In this document: positions 20,183-28,981 of the stretch, piece by piece
How positions within the stretch are numbered: the first letter of the stretch is position 1
Layout: the number at the start of each line of letters is the position of its first letter
Source of the DNA: a virus
Strand: one strand, 5' to 3'
Length of the DNA stretch: 64,000 nt
IMG/VR virus record: IMGVR_UViG_3300029258_001887
Notes under the pieces: generated by a model
Told to the model about the DNA's origin: nothing
Databases searched by the model: none
Seen by the model: only the letters and a program-made list of their open reading frames with translations
Position numbers and translations under genes: made by a program

Positions 20183-21056
20183 GTTTTTCTCCAAAGGGGT
20201 GACAACGCCTATGAACTTCCGCAAGTCGATCATGACTAATTGCCAGATAAGTCTGCGTTGTCGATAGGTGTTGATGACCCAGCAGAGCTTGCACGAGTTC
20301 GAGTTCCACACCACGATTCATAAGTGATGTGGCACAACTTCTACGCAACATGTGGGCTGTGGTGTGTTCCACACCAGCCCGACGCGAAAGGGACATCAGC
20401 ATATCGCTGACGGCACGGCGGGTCACCCGCTGCCCATTGGATTTTACGAACACAGCTTTGGTGTTGGATCGGCGCTCTGAATCCAAATATGCCCGTATTG
20501 CTTCAACACACCTTGGGGTAGTCGGAACTATTCTCTCACGACTCCCCTTGCCTTTGACTCGTATCTCTCGCCTGGAGAGGTTGATATCGTTGATGTTGAG
20601 TCCACACAATTCAGATACCCGAAGACCACTGTGGTATAGAGTCAAGACAATAGCGACATCGCGGCGAACGTTAGTGGCTCTGCATACGGGTACACGCTTT
20701 TCCACAGTGGCCACAAGAGCATCCACAGCTTCAGGTTCCAGGGCATCTGGTGTTCTCCTGCTGGTACGTACAGAATCAATCATATCCAGGGTGTTGGGGT
20801 CGAGCAGACCGAGACTGATGAGATGATGACACAGGCATCTTACAGACATACACTTACGACGCACCGTAGTCGGCTTCCGCCCACGGTGTCGCAGATTGCT
20901 AAGGAAGGTTTCAATTGATTGGGCAGTCAATTCTTGTGTCCCGATAAAATCAAGGAATTCCTGTGCATCTCTAGTGTACGCTGAAAGCGTCTCCTGTGAC
21001 AAACCAAGCTCAGTGCGGATGTATGTTTCAAAGCCGTCTATAATGGCTGTAGACAT
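20172..21056 (-). CDS. XerC/D-like tyrosine recombinase
   Basis: SAM-like N-terminus, GLRVSEL, GKG..ER, HMLRRS.AT, LLGH...TT..Y. Confidence 0.92.
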   Translation of the reverse strand: MSTAIIDGFETYIRTELGLSQETLSAYTRDAQEFLDFIGTQELTAQSIETFLSNLRHRGRKPTTVRRKCMSVRCLCHHLISLGLLDPNTLDMIDSVRTSRRTPDALEPEAVDALVATVEKRVPVCRATNVRRDVAIVLTLYHSGLRVSELCGLNINDINLSRREIRVKGKGSRERIVPTTPRCVEAIRAYLDSERRSNTKAVFVKSNGQRVTRRAVSDMLMSLSRRAGVEHTTAHMLRRSCATSLMNRGVELELVQALLGHQHLSTTQTYLAISHDRLAEVHRRCHPFGEKHEV

Positions 21057-21073
21057 CGCAATCCTCTCGTCTT

Positions 21074-21101
21074 ATTATACGCCCAACTCCGACATCTGTT
21101 C
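21074..21101 (-). promoter_or_regulatory. Phage promoter-like motif GAACA-N9-GTT-N3-CGTATAAT
   Basis: Identical spacing in four intergenic copies; upstream of the recombinase. Confidence 0.65.
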
Positions 21102-21121
21102 CACATATTCCATTTTTTTTC

Positions 21122-21946
21122 TTACACCCGACGATGCTTGGATTCGACACCCTCCGTTCCGTCCTCAAGATTGACAATTCCGAGACCGTGGGCAAACAGC
21201 GGGGCTTTATCCTGTAGGATGCGGTAGACCTTAACAGCAAGAGCACGAATTTCAACATCCGCTGCCGGGTTGGCTCGAAGCTCGATCAGGTGTCGGACAG
21301 CCCTGGCGTTCATACTGACGACAATCTTCGTCTCAGTAGCGTTTGGCAGGACCGACCGCGCCGCCTGACGCGCCTTCTTGCGTCGTTCCAACCTGCTTTC
21401 GATATCTCCGTACATCTCAGACAGCTTACCCGTCAGTTCTTCGTAAAGCTCCCTAGACCGCTCGCAGTGCGCGACCCACTTCAGGTAGGAATCCTGGTCT
21501 GTCCTGGCCAACTCTTGGATTGCGGGCGGAACGATGAAGGCGACGTTGGACGAATCCACATACCGCTGACTCAACTGAGAGTACGACGCAATCCGATGTC
21601 GCACCAACTCATGTGTCAGACTTCGAGAAACGTTCCACATCGCAAAGTTGAATGTTGCATGTTCGATGCAGGCCCCATGCCCAACCTCGATCAGATGCTT
21701 GATGTGGTCTTCGTGAGACCTTCCCTTTGCGGTCTCGCCCTGCTTGGGCCACGACTGGTAGCACATGCGCCCGGCAAATTCAACGAGCCACTCTCCGTCG
21801 TCGTCTCCAAGACTCATCATAGATTCGAGCTTCTCCGTAAGCTCTGGCCATTCATACCCGTGTTCCTCAAGGAATCTCATGATTCCATCGATTTCCAATA
21901 CTGGCTTTCCAACCAATGCAACTTCTGGCTCAGTTACAAAACTCAT
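21122..21946 (-). CDS. thyX: Flavin-dependent thymidylate synthase
   Basis: RMCY.S, H...EH, HELVRHR.ASYSQLSQRY, ARSVLP, EIR. Confidence 0.95.
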   Translation of the reverse strand: MSFVTEPEVALVGKPVLEIDGIMRFLEEHGYEWPELTEKLESMMSLGDDDGEWLVEFAGRMCYQSWPKQGETAKGRSHEDHIKHLIEVGHGACIEHATFNFAMWNVSRSLTHELVRHRIASYSQLSQRYVDSSNVAFIVPPAIQELARTDQDSYLKWVAHCERSRELYEELTGKLSEMYGDIESRLERRKKARQAARSVLPNATETKIVVSMNARAVRHLIELRANPAADVEIRALAVKVYRILQDKAPLFAHGLGIVNLEDGTEGVESKHRRV

Positions 21947-21947
21947 T

Positions 21948-23405
21948 CTATTCTCCCTTGATCTCATAAGACAGCTTAACTCCGCTGAATTCACTCGGCA
22001 GGATCACGGCGAGTTGGTCAACGACCCTCTGCCTCAAATCCACCGCCACATCCAATACCACCTTCAATTCGTCTGGGGTGACCGTCTTGGCCGTCCTGTG
22101 CGGGAACATCAGCTTCAACAAACCAGACCCTATCCGAACCAACGATCGCTGGTTACGCTGAGACATATCACCGAAACACACATTCTCTGTGATCACCGGC
22201 GCATAGTTGCGGTCTCTCATCCGGTGCATGATTTCGCTGACATAATCTGCCATGAATCCAGCACCCTTGGCTAGCTTTGACTCTCTTATCTGAGGTATCT
22301 GCCATCCAGGAATGAATCCATGGATACGGTCAAGGAAAGCACGGTCTTGACTGACTGCTTGTGGCAGCGGAGCAAACAGGCTGCGATACCGAGCGGCCAC
22401 CGCCTTTTTCTGCCTGTCGCAGTCAATGTTGCCAGCGAACATGATGGAACACCCAGACGCAAACTCTGCCGTACCACGCCCGAAGCGTCCACTGTTCATG
22501 AAGTCTTTGAGCATATCGATGAGATCGCCCTGACCAGACCACTTGTTACCGTTGTGACCACCAGCAAACTCATCGAACATCACCACATCTCGATATCCGA
22601 CCAAGCCCAGTTGACGCCGCAACTTATCGTAGAACAGAGAAGCGACAGTGGTTTGACCACCAGAGACAACGAAGCCATAAGAGCTAAGGGACTGGTAAGC
22701 GAACGTCTTGCCTGTTTCCGGTGGGCCTAGCTCACAGAAATTTACGTTGGCTTCAATGAAGGGCACCAGCCGCACCATATACAACAGTTTCTCTTGGTGC
22801 GACAGAGCTTCGGGGTCAAAGCCGACACTGGTGATCATCAGGTCAAGCCACTCATCGTCTGTGAATCGCTCACGACGCTGAATCCATGTGTCGAGGTTGA
22901 TCCCGGTGATTTGCATAGGTCGGAATTCGGTGACCAGGAATGGGTACAGCTTTTTCCGCATGACGTAGGATTCATCGTACACGATTTTGAAGACACCCCA
23001 CGCCCCGGTTGTCAACAACGTGTCCCCGTACTCGGCTATGAGGTGCGGATTGATCCTGACATACTGGTTACCCAGCGCCGTGACATCAACCCAATATTCA
23101 TCCTTGCCCTCGTCGAACCGACAGCGGATACGACCAATCAGAGTGTATTCGCCTTGCTCCCTGATCCGACTTTTGACCAGTTCCTTTTGGTCCGATTCCA
23201 TGAAGTGATCGGTAAGCAGTTTGCTGATACGTTCCAGGCCGGGGGTTGGGTCTGTCGGGGTGACCATCTCGGAAATCAGGTAGTCCACCACAAATGCCGG
23301 GAGCTTGCGGAATTGCTCGCTGAGACACGCGAGACCTTTGTTTACAATAATTCCACGCTCACTGAAAACAGCGGCGGCTTTGTGTTTTGTCTCGATTCCG
23401 GTCAT
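21948..23405 (-). CDS. BrxL-like (TIGR02688-type) AAA+ ATPase without Lon protease domain
   Basis: R..FT.DEW.DL...S.G, ELGPPETGKT, T.ASLFYD, FDE, G.F.RG, AFLDR.HG.IPGW.IP. Confidence 0.82.
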   Translation of the reverse strand: MTGIETKHKAAAVFSERGIIVNKGLACLSEQFRKLPAFVVDYLISEMVTPTDPTPGLERISKLLTDHFMESDQKELVKSRIREQGEYTLIGRIRCRFDEGKDEYWVDVTALGNQYVRINPHLIAEYGDTLLTTGAWGVFKIVYDESYVMRKKLYPFLVTEFRPMQITGINLDTWIQRRERFTDDEWLDLMITSVGFDPEALSHQEKLLYMVRLVPFIEANVNFCELGPPETGKTFAYQSLSSYGFVVSGGQTTVASLFYDKLRRQLGLVGYRDVVMFDEFAGGHNGNKWSGQGDLIDMLKDFMNSGRFGRGTAEFASGCSIMFAGNIDCDRQKKAVAARYRSLFAPLPQAVSQDRAFLDRIHGFIPGWQIPQIRESKLAKGAGFMADYVSEIMHRMRDRNYAPVITENVCFGDMSQRNQRSLVRIGSGLLKLMFPHRTAKTVTPDELKVVLDVAVDLRQRVVDQLAVILPSEFSGVKLSYEIKGE

Positions 23406-23415
23406 TGGTTTTCTC

Positions 23416-23673
23416 CTACAGGCCCAAAAGTGCTAGCGCATCCGAGCGCTGCACCATCGACTCTTCCTCAACAGGCTCAGGAACCGCCGTATTTGGCGTT
23501 CTCGTGGCCTCTGCTGGATTTGCCAGACAAGATAGGTGTACGGCACCCACCAGTCCCTCTGACGCCCCTGAGTAGCTACAATCGCTTTCTCCGTGACCGT
23601 CGCACTCCATCTGGCTACCCCAGAATACTTGTTCCCCAGGCTTTATTTTTTGACGGCAGACCAGACATTCCAT
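23416..23673 (-). CDS. Small Zn-finger protein
   Basis: CLVC...HLSC; GGAGG RBS upstream. Confidence 0.55.
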   Translation of the reverse strand: MECLVCRQKIKPGEQVFWGSQMECDGHGESDCSYSGASEGLVGAVHLSCLANPAEATRTPNTAVPEPVEEESMVQRSDALALLGL

Positions 23674-24049
23674 TTTTGAGCCCTCCGCGCGCACCGCCGT
23701 TTTTTTTCTATACTGTTCTTGAATTCCTATCTGCTGGAATCTTCGATTCGGAGCACTGTATCGAATTGCTTCGACTAGAACCAATCACATCCTGTCTACC
23801 AGTTAGTAAATCATTGGTAATATCAGCGCTAGACGAGGAAATGTATGGGTTGTTAGAATAGTCAAGCACATCTGTACGGTGGTTAGTCAAGACCATCGCT
23901 CCGATTCGATGACCTGTTGCGCTGGCGATCCGATACGAAAGAAAACTATGATACTCTGTAAGTATAGAGAGTCCAAAATCGCAAAAGCGCTCCAAAAAAA
24001 TCGTGAAAATCTTTTTTTTATCTGATATCTAACATAATTTAAGCTATTA

Positions 24050-24664
24050 TTATTGATTGTCAATTTTAGCTTTAGTTTTGTGTGTCAAAGACCTTTTGAT
24101 GGACCATCCTGCTTTTAGGCGATATAGGATAGTTTGTATTGAAAGTCCTGTTTCTCTCGACCACTCGGAAACAGTTTGTTTTTTATTGTTGAATGTAATC
24201 CAGCGATTATTTCTTTTGTTTCTACTCTGCTCCAGCATAGTTGACCACTTACAATTTTCTGGGCAATAATGTCCATTATTATCAATTCGATCTATTGTGT
24301 GTCGAGATGTTGGTGGCAAACCCATGTCGGCCAAGAAGTTGACGAATTTTTTCCATCTATCACACACTACGATTCCACGACCACCGTAGTTGGAATAATG
24401 TCTATGCTTTTTATTAGTGCATCTTTGAATCATTAATGACCATGCTTTATAGATTTTTGATGATTGTTTGTTTTTTGAATGGCCGTGTTTCACGCGATTA
24501 CAACCACAACTTGTTGATAAACCCATCTTCAATTTGCTAGACTGAACAATTGTTGTGTTACCGCAATCACATATACATAACCATAGTACGTGACGGTTAC
24601 TGGCGGTTCCAGCCCTTTTTATCACTGTCAGTTTACCAAATCTAAGATTTTTTAGATTCAACAT
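24050..24664 (-). CDS. HNH homing endonuclease
   Basis: FGKLTV, WLC.CDCG, YGGRGI.VC.RW, TIDRIDN.G.Y.PENC.W. Confidence 0.88.
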   Translation of the reverse strand: MLNLKNLRFGKLTVIKRAGTASNRHVLWLCICDCGNTTIVQSSKLKMGLSTSCGCNRVKHGHSKNKQSSKIYKAWSLMIQRCTNKKHRHYSNYGGRGIVVCDRWKKFVNFLADMGLPPTSRHTIDRIDNNGHYCPENCKWSTMLEQSRNKRNNRWITFNNKKQTVSEWSRETGLSIQTILYRLKAGWSIKRSLTHKTKAKIDNQ

Positions 24665-24676
24665 GAGGTATTCCAG

Positions 24677-25168
24677 CTAAGAAACAGTGTTTCCTAACAG
24701 GGTGCGCAGCGCATCACGGTTAGCGAGCGTGTCGTCTCGTCCCATGTTGTCGATGATCAACTTTCCGTCGAGATGGTCAATTTCGTGTTGCCAAATCCTG
24801 GTTGTGTTTCCATCTCCTATAAATCTCAGCGGCTTACCATTGAGACCCTCGCCAGCCAAGGTTGACGATGTTGCCCTCTGTAGCGTTACGTTCACCTTTG
24901 GCAACGATAGACATCCTTCTGTTGATTCGATGCAACCGCTGACACAACTCAGCATGGGATTCCAGATTGCCTGATCCTGCCCGTCGTGGCTCCAGACGAA
25001 CATGCGGATGTTGAGACCGACTTGGGGAGCAGCTAGCCCGACCCCACGGTTCTTACGCATGATTTTCCACATCTTGGCTGCGAGGCGAGCCCTATCTTCC
25101 TGCGACTGTTTTGGTGCTTCGACGCAGGTGGCCAATAATCTCGGGTCTGGGTAGTAGACTAATCGCAT
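24677..25168 (-). CDS. def: Peptide deformylase
   Basis: GVGLAAPQ, EGCLS, QHEIDHLDG. Confidence 0.95.
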   Translation of the reverse strand: MRLVYYPDPRLLATCVEAPKQSQEDRARLAAKMWKIMRKNRGVGLAAPQVGLNIRMFVWSHDGQDQAIWNPMLSCVSGCIESTEGCLSLPKVNVTLQRATSSTLAGEGLNGKPLRFIGDGNTTRIWQHEIDHLDGKLIIDNMGRDDTLANRDALRTLLGNTVS

Positions 25169-25557
25169 TTCGCTTCCTCCAACAGATGCACTCCGAACCA
25201 CTTGGACGAATGGCGGTAGAGATCAAGCCAGTCCTGGAATTGCTCATCGCTTGCTTTTGCGTCTGGCAACTCAAGCTCAGACACCGGACCAAACCACAGT
25301 TGCCGGAATACGTCTGATATCTCGCAGTGACGAACCTCGACTGTGGTATCGCCGAGACGACATCTAACGACTGTCGGGATCAGATCGTCCATTGCTTTCC
25401 TTCCTTGCAAGTAGCGTGCCAGTGATTCTTTTTGCGGCACTGCCTATCAGAAGTTTTGTTATCGGACCATGAGCGCGTATTGTTTCGCGCAGGCTACCGA
25501 CTACGATTCTGTTAATCCGTTGTTTCTCTGTTTCCTTTCTGCCCATGCCTCACCATC

Positions 25558-25962
25558 CTAGCAACTGATCTTCTCCGTCAGCCTTGCGACACCTTCCTGG
25601 TTCGTCTGTTTCTCTGGGTATGCGAAGTGCTTATGGACGAGTTTCCCGTTGAAGAAAACGCCGTAGTAGCGGTCATCGACTATCCCCACCATGAATTCAG
25701 GCAGGCCGTCTGGGAAAAACTGGGCGACGAACTCATCCACCTCATCTTCATCATCCAGCAGCATATCGAGGTAGTGACCCTCTTTGGTCTGGAGTTCTGG
25801 ACAACTCAGGTTGTCCCCTTCGACGACCACCTCGCCAGTGCAGGACTCACCCCACCCTTCGTACAGATGGTCTTGATGCCACGCTGCGAGTTCTTCTGTG
25901 TCGAAAAACCTGGGGTATGCAGAACCGTCCCCACCGTTGTCCACAGAGTAGTAAAGCGTCAA
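25558..25962 (-). CDS. Hypothetical protein
   Basis: ORF with GGAGG RBS upstream; true start may be ~25971. Confidence 0.5.
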   Translation of the reverse strand: MTLYYSVDNGGDGSAYPRFFDTEELAAWHQDHLYEGWGESCTGEVVVEGDNLSCPELQTKEGHYLDMLLDDEDEVDEFVAQFFPDGLPEFMVGIVDDRYYGVFFNGKLVHKHFAYPEKQTNQEGVARLTEKISC

Positions 25963-26047
25963 CTAAGCCATTTTGTTCCCTCCGAAACACATACACAGTA
26001 AACTGGTTGTGGCTGATGCCTACAAATCGAATGGCGCAAAGGCCGAA

Positions 26048-26154
26048 CACCGATTGGGGGACTTGAACCCCCAATACGGGCGAGACGCCGCAGACCACAG
26101 CCCGGCAGTCCTTAACGTCCCTTGGCTATCCCCGTATCGCACCATGCATCGGCA
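26048..26154 (-). ncRNA. tRNA-like structured RNA of non-canonical topology
   Basis: T-arm GGGGG-TTCAAGT-CCCCC, terminal stem GCCGAT/ATCGGT, internal stem ATACGGG/CCCGTAT. Confidence 0.5.
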
Positions 26155-26159
26155 GCCGT

Positions 26160-26348
26160 TTAGAGCTTGAAAGTCTTACCGATAGAGGGGCACCGCTGCA
26201 CCTCTTCGATGATCCAAGCTCGTAGTCTTGCTTCGAGCTTCTCAAGAGCATCTTTCGACACCCTGGTAATTGGCATTCCGGGACGCATACTTTTGAACTT
26301 CGCCAGGATGAACTTCTTTGTCGCAGCTTGATTAAGGATGCTCGACAT
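26160..26348 (-). CDS. Putative small histone-fold protein
   Basis: Helix, RVSKDA loop, long helix, GKTFK; 62 aa, basic. Confidence 0.5.
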   Translation of the reverse strand: MSSILNQAATKKFILAKFKSMRPGMPITRVSKDALEKLEARLRAWIIEEVQRCPSIGKTFKL

Positions 26349-26554
26349 TACCTACCTCCCACTTGACGGTTCCGGGTACTTGTGGTGCGCCGCTGGCGAT
26401 ACTCAGGCTTGTCTTTTTGCGACACTCGCTTTCCCAGAGCCTCTTCGATTTCGCCAATGAAAGACGAGCATTCTGGGCCAATAAATCCTTCTCCGTCTAT
26501 AGAACAGTTGCCATCATGATCAATTTCAATAACAATTTGTTTTTGTTGTCTCAT
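26348..26554 (-). CDS. DUF2997-family protein
   Basis: I.I..DG....EGF.G.EC......IEEALG.....KPEY. Confidence 0.78.
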   Translation of the reverse strand: MRQQKQIVIEIDHDGNCSIDGEGFIGPECSSFIGEIEEALGKRVSQKDKPEYRQRRTTSTRNRQVGGR

Positions 26555-26556
26555 AT

Positions 26557-27069
26557 CTATTGCCTTTCAACTTCTTTGTATGTTTTTCCGCTTTTGATTT
26601 CACTAATTATAGAGTGGCTGACGCCCAGTCTTTTTGATATGGATGTGACAGTCTCGCCATCGACAATGGCAAGCAGTATGTTTTTTACTTGCTCTACCGA
26701 GAACTTCGCCTGTGCATTTTTGCTACCCGTAGTAGCGGTTCCATGGCGAATAGCATCTTGCATATTGTCTGATCTTGTTCCCCAGGCTAGGTTGCGACTA
26801 TTATTGTTCGTTTTGCACCCATCGAGATGCAGTACTTCGTGTTTATTAGAAGGGCGTGGGCCAACGAATGTTTCGGCAACGATGGTGTGTACCCTCTTTC
26901 TGGTCCTTTTCCCATTTCGATACAAACACACCATCAAGTAGTTTCCATTGTCTGGCATCTGTGACAAAATTGTATTGGGTTGTGCTCCTTGACCGCCTTT
27001 GATGCGTTTAATACTGCCGGTATCGGATACTTGGTATATACCTTCATATCCAACCACATCTTTCCACAC
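26557..27069 (-). CDS. NUMOD4-HNH homing endonuclease
   Basis: WKDVVGYEGIYQVS, HLDG.K.NN...NLAWGT. Confidence 0.9.
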   Translation of the reverse strand: MWKDVVGYEGIYQVSDTGSIKRIKGGQGAQPNTILSQMPDNGNYLMVCLYRNGKRTRKRVHTIVAETFVGPRPSNKHEVLHLDGCKTNNNSRNLAWGTRSDNMQDAIRHGTATTGSKNAQAKFSVEQVKNILLAIVDGETVTSISKRLGVSHSIISEIKSGKTYKEVERQ

Positions 27070-27071
27070 AG

Positions 27072-27674
27072 TTACTTCTCCGCTTCGTGTAGGAGTTCTT
27101 CGAAGTATGCCTGACTTTCTGCTTCGGTCAGACGACCCTTGAGATTCTTTTTGCGCTTGGCTGCTAGTGCCAAGACATCGGATGCGTCACATAGGCAGTC
27201 AATAGCCGACTTGAAACTACCCAGGTCTGCCTGGATTTGTGCTAGTCCCATGACACGTTTTTTTCTACGTTGCGTTATGATCTCTGTTTCCGTGTATATG
27301 GATATACTGACACCTGATTCCCATTTTGCCGTGATACAAACGCCTTCGTGACCCCAGATTCTAAGATAGTAAGTTCGTGGTTTCAATAGACGTTTGAGTT
27401 CGGCTACCGCCGCAGCTTTGGTGAGGGTTGACTTTGCGCCAACAGGGACGAAACCACGTCCGGTTTCCAGGATAACTCCTGGGGACTTTGAGCACTGCAT
27501 ACACTCGTTGTCCGGTTTCATACTGAAGTCACAGTGGGTGGTTGGGATGCGTCTACCACACACAGTGTGTGCCATCTGACGATCATTAAGAATCGAATCG
27601 ACGTGACGAACACGGTGCCACACAGCCCCTTTGCGACTGAGTGATTTCCGGTACCATCCTCTGAACACTTCCAT
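27072..27674 (-). CDS. Hypothetical protein
   Basis: Operon-packed ORF. Confidence 0.5.
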   Translation of the reverse strand: MEVFRGWYRKSLSRKGAVWHRVRHVDSILNDRQMAHTVCGRRIPTTHCDFSMKPDNECMQCSKSPGVILETGRGFVPVGAKSTLTKAAAVAELKRLLKPRTYYLRIWGHEGVCITAKWESGVSISIYTETEIITQRRKKRVMGLAQIQADLGSFKSAIDCLCDASDVLALAAKRKKNLKGRLTEAESQAYFEELLHEAEK

Positions 27675-28080
27675 CTTACTCCCCTTCTACGAGTTTCTGT
27701 AGGAGTCTGGCGAACATCACCTCACCGGCATCCCTACCCCCTGCATAGGCATCGTCTATATTGCCGCCACAGTAATCGTAGACCATGAATTCTGGATCGT
27801 CAGGCCAGCACTCTCTTGTAGCCGTTTCCTTGATCAATGTGAATATCGCATCAAGTCTGTCTTTGCTGTCGTCGCCCATTATTCGTCCCACTCCGATCCG
27901 CCGAATTCATCGGCGATATGAGATGCCAACGAAACGATCCTCTTGGCGGTCTCAACCTGCTTCTGTTGATCCTTGACCTTCCCCTTCCAGCGGGCAACCG
28001 AAAGCTCAAGGGTGCTAACTCTGCGCTGTAGCCGCTTGAGTTCTTCCCTGACAGCCTTGTTGATCGATTTGTCGTTTACG

Positions 28081-28347
28081 TCAACTGTCACTCTCGCCAT
28101 CGTATCGGTCTCCCCCAGGTGAGAAATGTTCTATTTCCCACTCGATTGCTGTTTCTCGGTTCGTATGAGTGTACAAGACTTCTCCGCTGAGAGATAATAC
28201 TTCCCAGCTTTGCTTTGCCTCGTTGAACTCAACGTTAGACGCCTTGCGCACTTTGACAATTTCCCCGATGGAATATAAATCGATGATGTCGGTATATAGG
28301 CACCTAACATTCCCATCCTCGTCAATCTCCAGTGTTGTTTTGTTCAT
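28081..28347 (-). CDS. Small conserved protein of the type I associate with DUF1257/DUF2997 clusters
   Basis: I..DG.VRCLY...IDL..IG....R.AS.VE...W...R..A..WE pattern (from memory). Confidence 0.55.
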   Translation of the reverse strand: MNKTTLEIDEDGNVRCLYTDIIDLYSIGEIVKVRKASNVEFNEAKQSWEVLSLSGEVLYTHTNRETAIEWEIEHFSPGGDRYDGESDS

Positions 28348-28981
28348 TTGGTTTTGCTCCATTCGCTTTTGTTGTTAGCGCTTTGGCAACAGACCAGTTG
28401 TATCTAAAAATACGACACCAAAGAGTGTGTCTATTTATGCCCAACTCTTCTGACCACTCAGGCAGACTTTTGGTTTTGCCATCATATGTTAAGATACAAT
28501 TGTTCCGTTTGTTCCTGGCATTTTGTTGTGGTTCTACCCAGCGACAATTTCCAGGTTTATAGTGATCATTATTATCTATTCTATCTATTTGACACGAAAC
28601 TGTTGGTGGCTCACCCATGTCTGCTAGAAAATTTTCGAATTTTTTCAACCTTCGACACACCCCAATCCCTCTCCCACCGTACAGATAATAATACTGATGA
28701 TTTGGATTTTTACATCGGGAGATAATGTTTTCCCATGTTCTGTACGTCTTGCTTTTCTGATTGTTTTTTCTGTGGCCATGTTTTGTGAATCTGGTTGCAG
28801 ATTTTTCGTTTTTAAGACAACCACAGCTTTTTGTGTGCACGCTTCTTAGGCTATAACCAGACACAAGATGGGTGTTGCCACAACAACACCTACATAACCA
28901 CATTACTTCTTTGCTGTGGCTACTACCACACCGTTTCATGACCACAAGCCTGCCGAATTTCTGTCCAGTCAGATCAATCAA
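28322..28981 (-). CDS. HNH homing endonuclease
   Basis: MIDLTGQKFGRL, YGGRGI, IDRIDN..Y.PGNCRW. Confidence 0.88.
   Translation of the reverse strand: MIDLTGQKFGRLVVMKRCGSSHSKEVMWLCRCCCGNTHLVSGYSLRSVHTKSCGCLKNEKSATRFTKHGHRKNNQKSKTYRTWENIISRCKNPNHQYYYLYGGRGIGVCRRLKKFENFLADMGEPPTVSCQIDRIDNNDHYKPGNCRWVEPQQNARNKRNNCILTYDGKTKSLPEWSEELGINRHTLWCRIFRYNWSVAKALTTKANGAKPNEQNNTGD

Noticed and set aside
20172-21056. Prophage integrase marking an att boundary
   Set aside because: Phage-type genes continue on both sides, with no host genes or att-like repeat seen; the protein looks XerC/D-like.
21948-23405. Intact BREX defence system
   Set aside because: No brxA/B/C, pglX or pglZ in the window.
22794-23861. 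Long plus-strand ORFs (also 40323-41372, 38546-39256, 21290-21961)
   Set aside because: Antisense shadows of well-supported minus-strand genes; no motifs or RBS.
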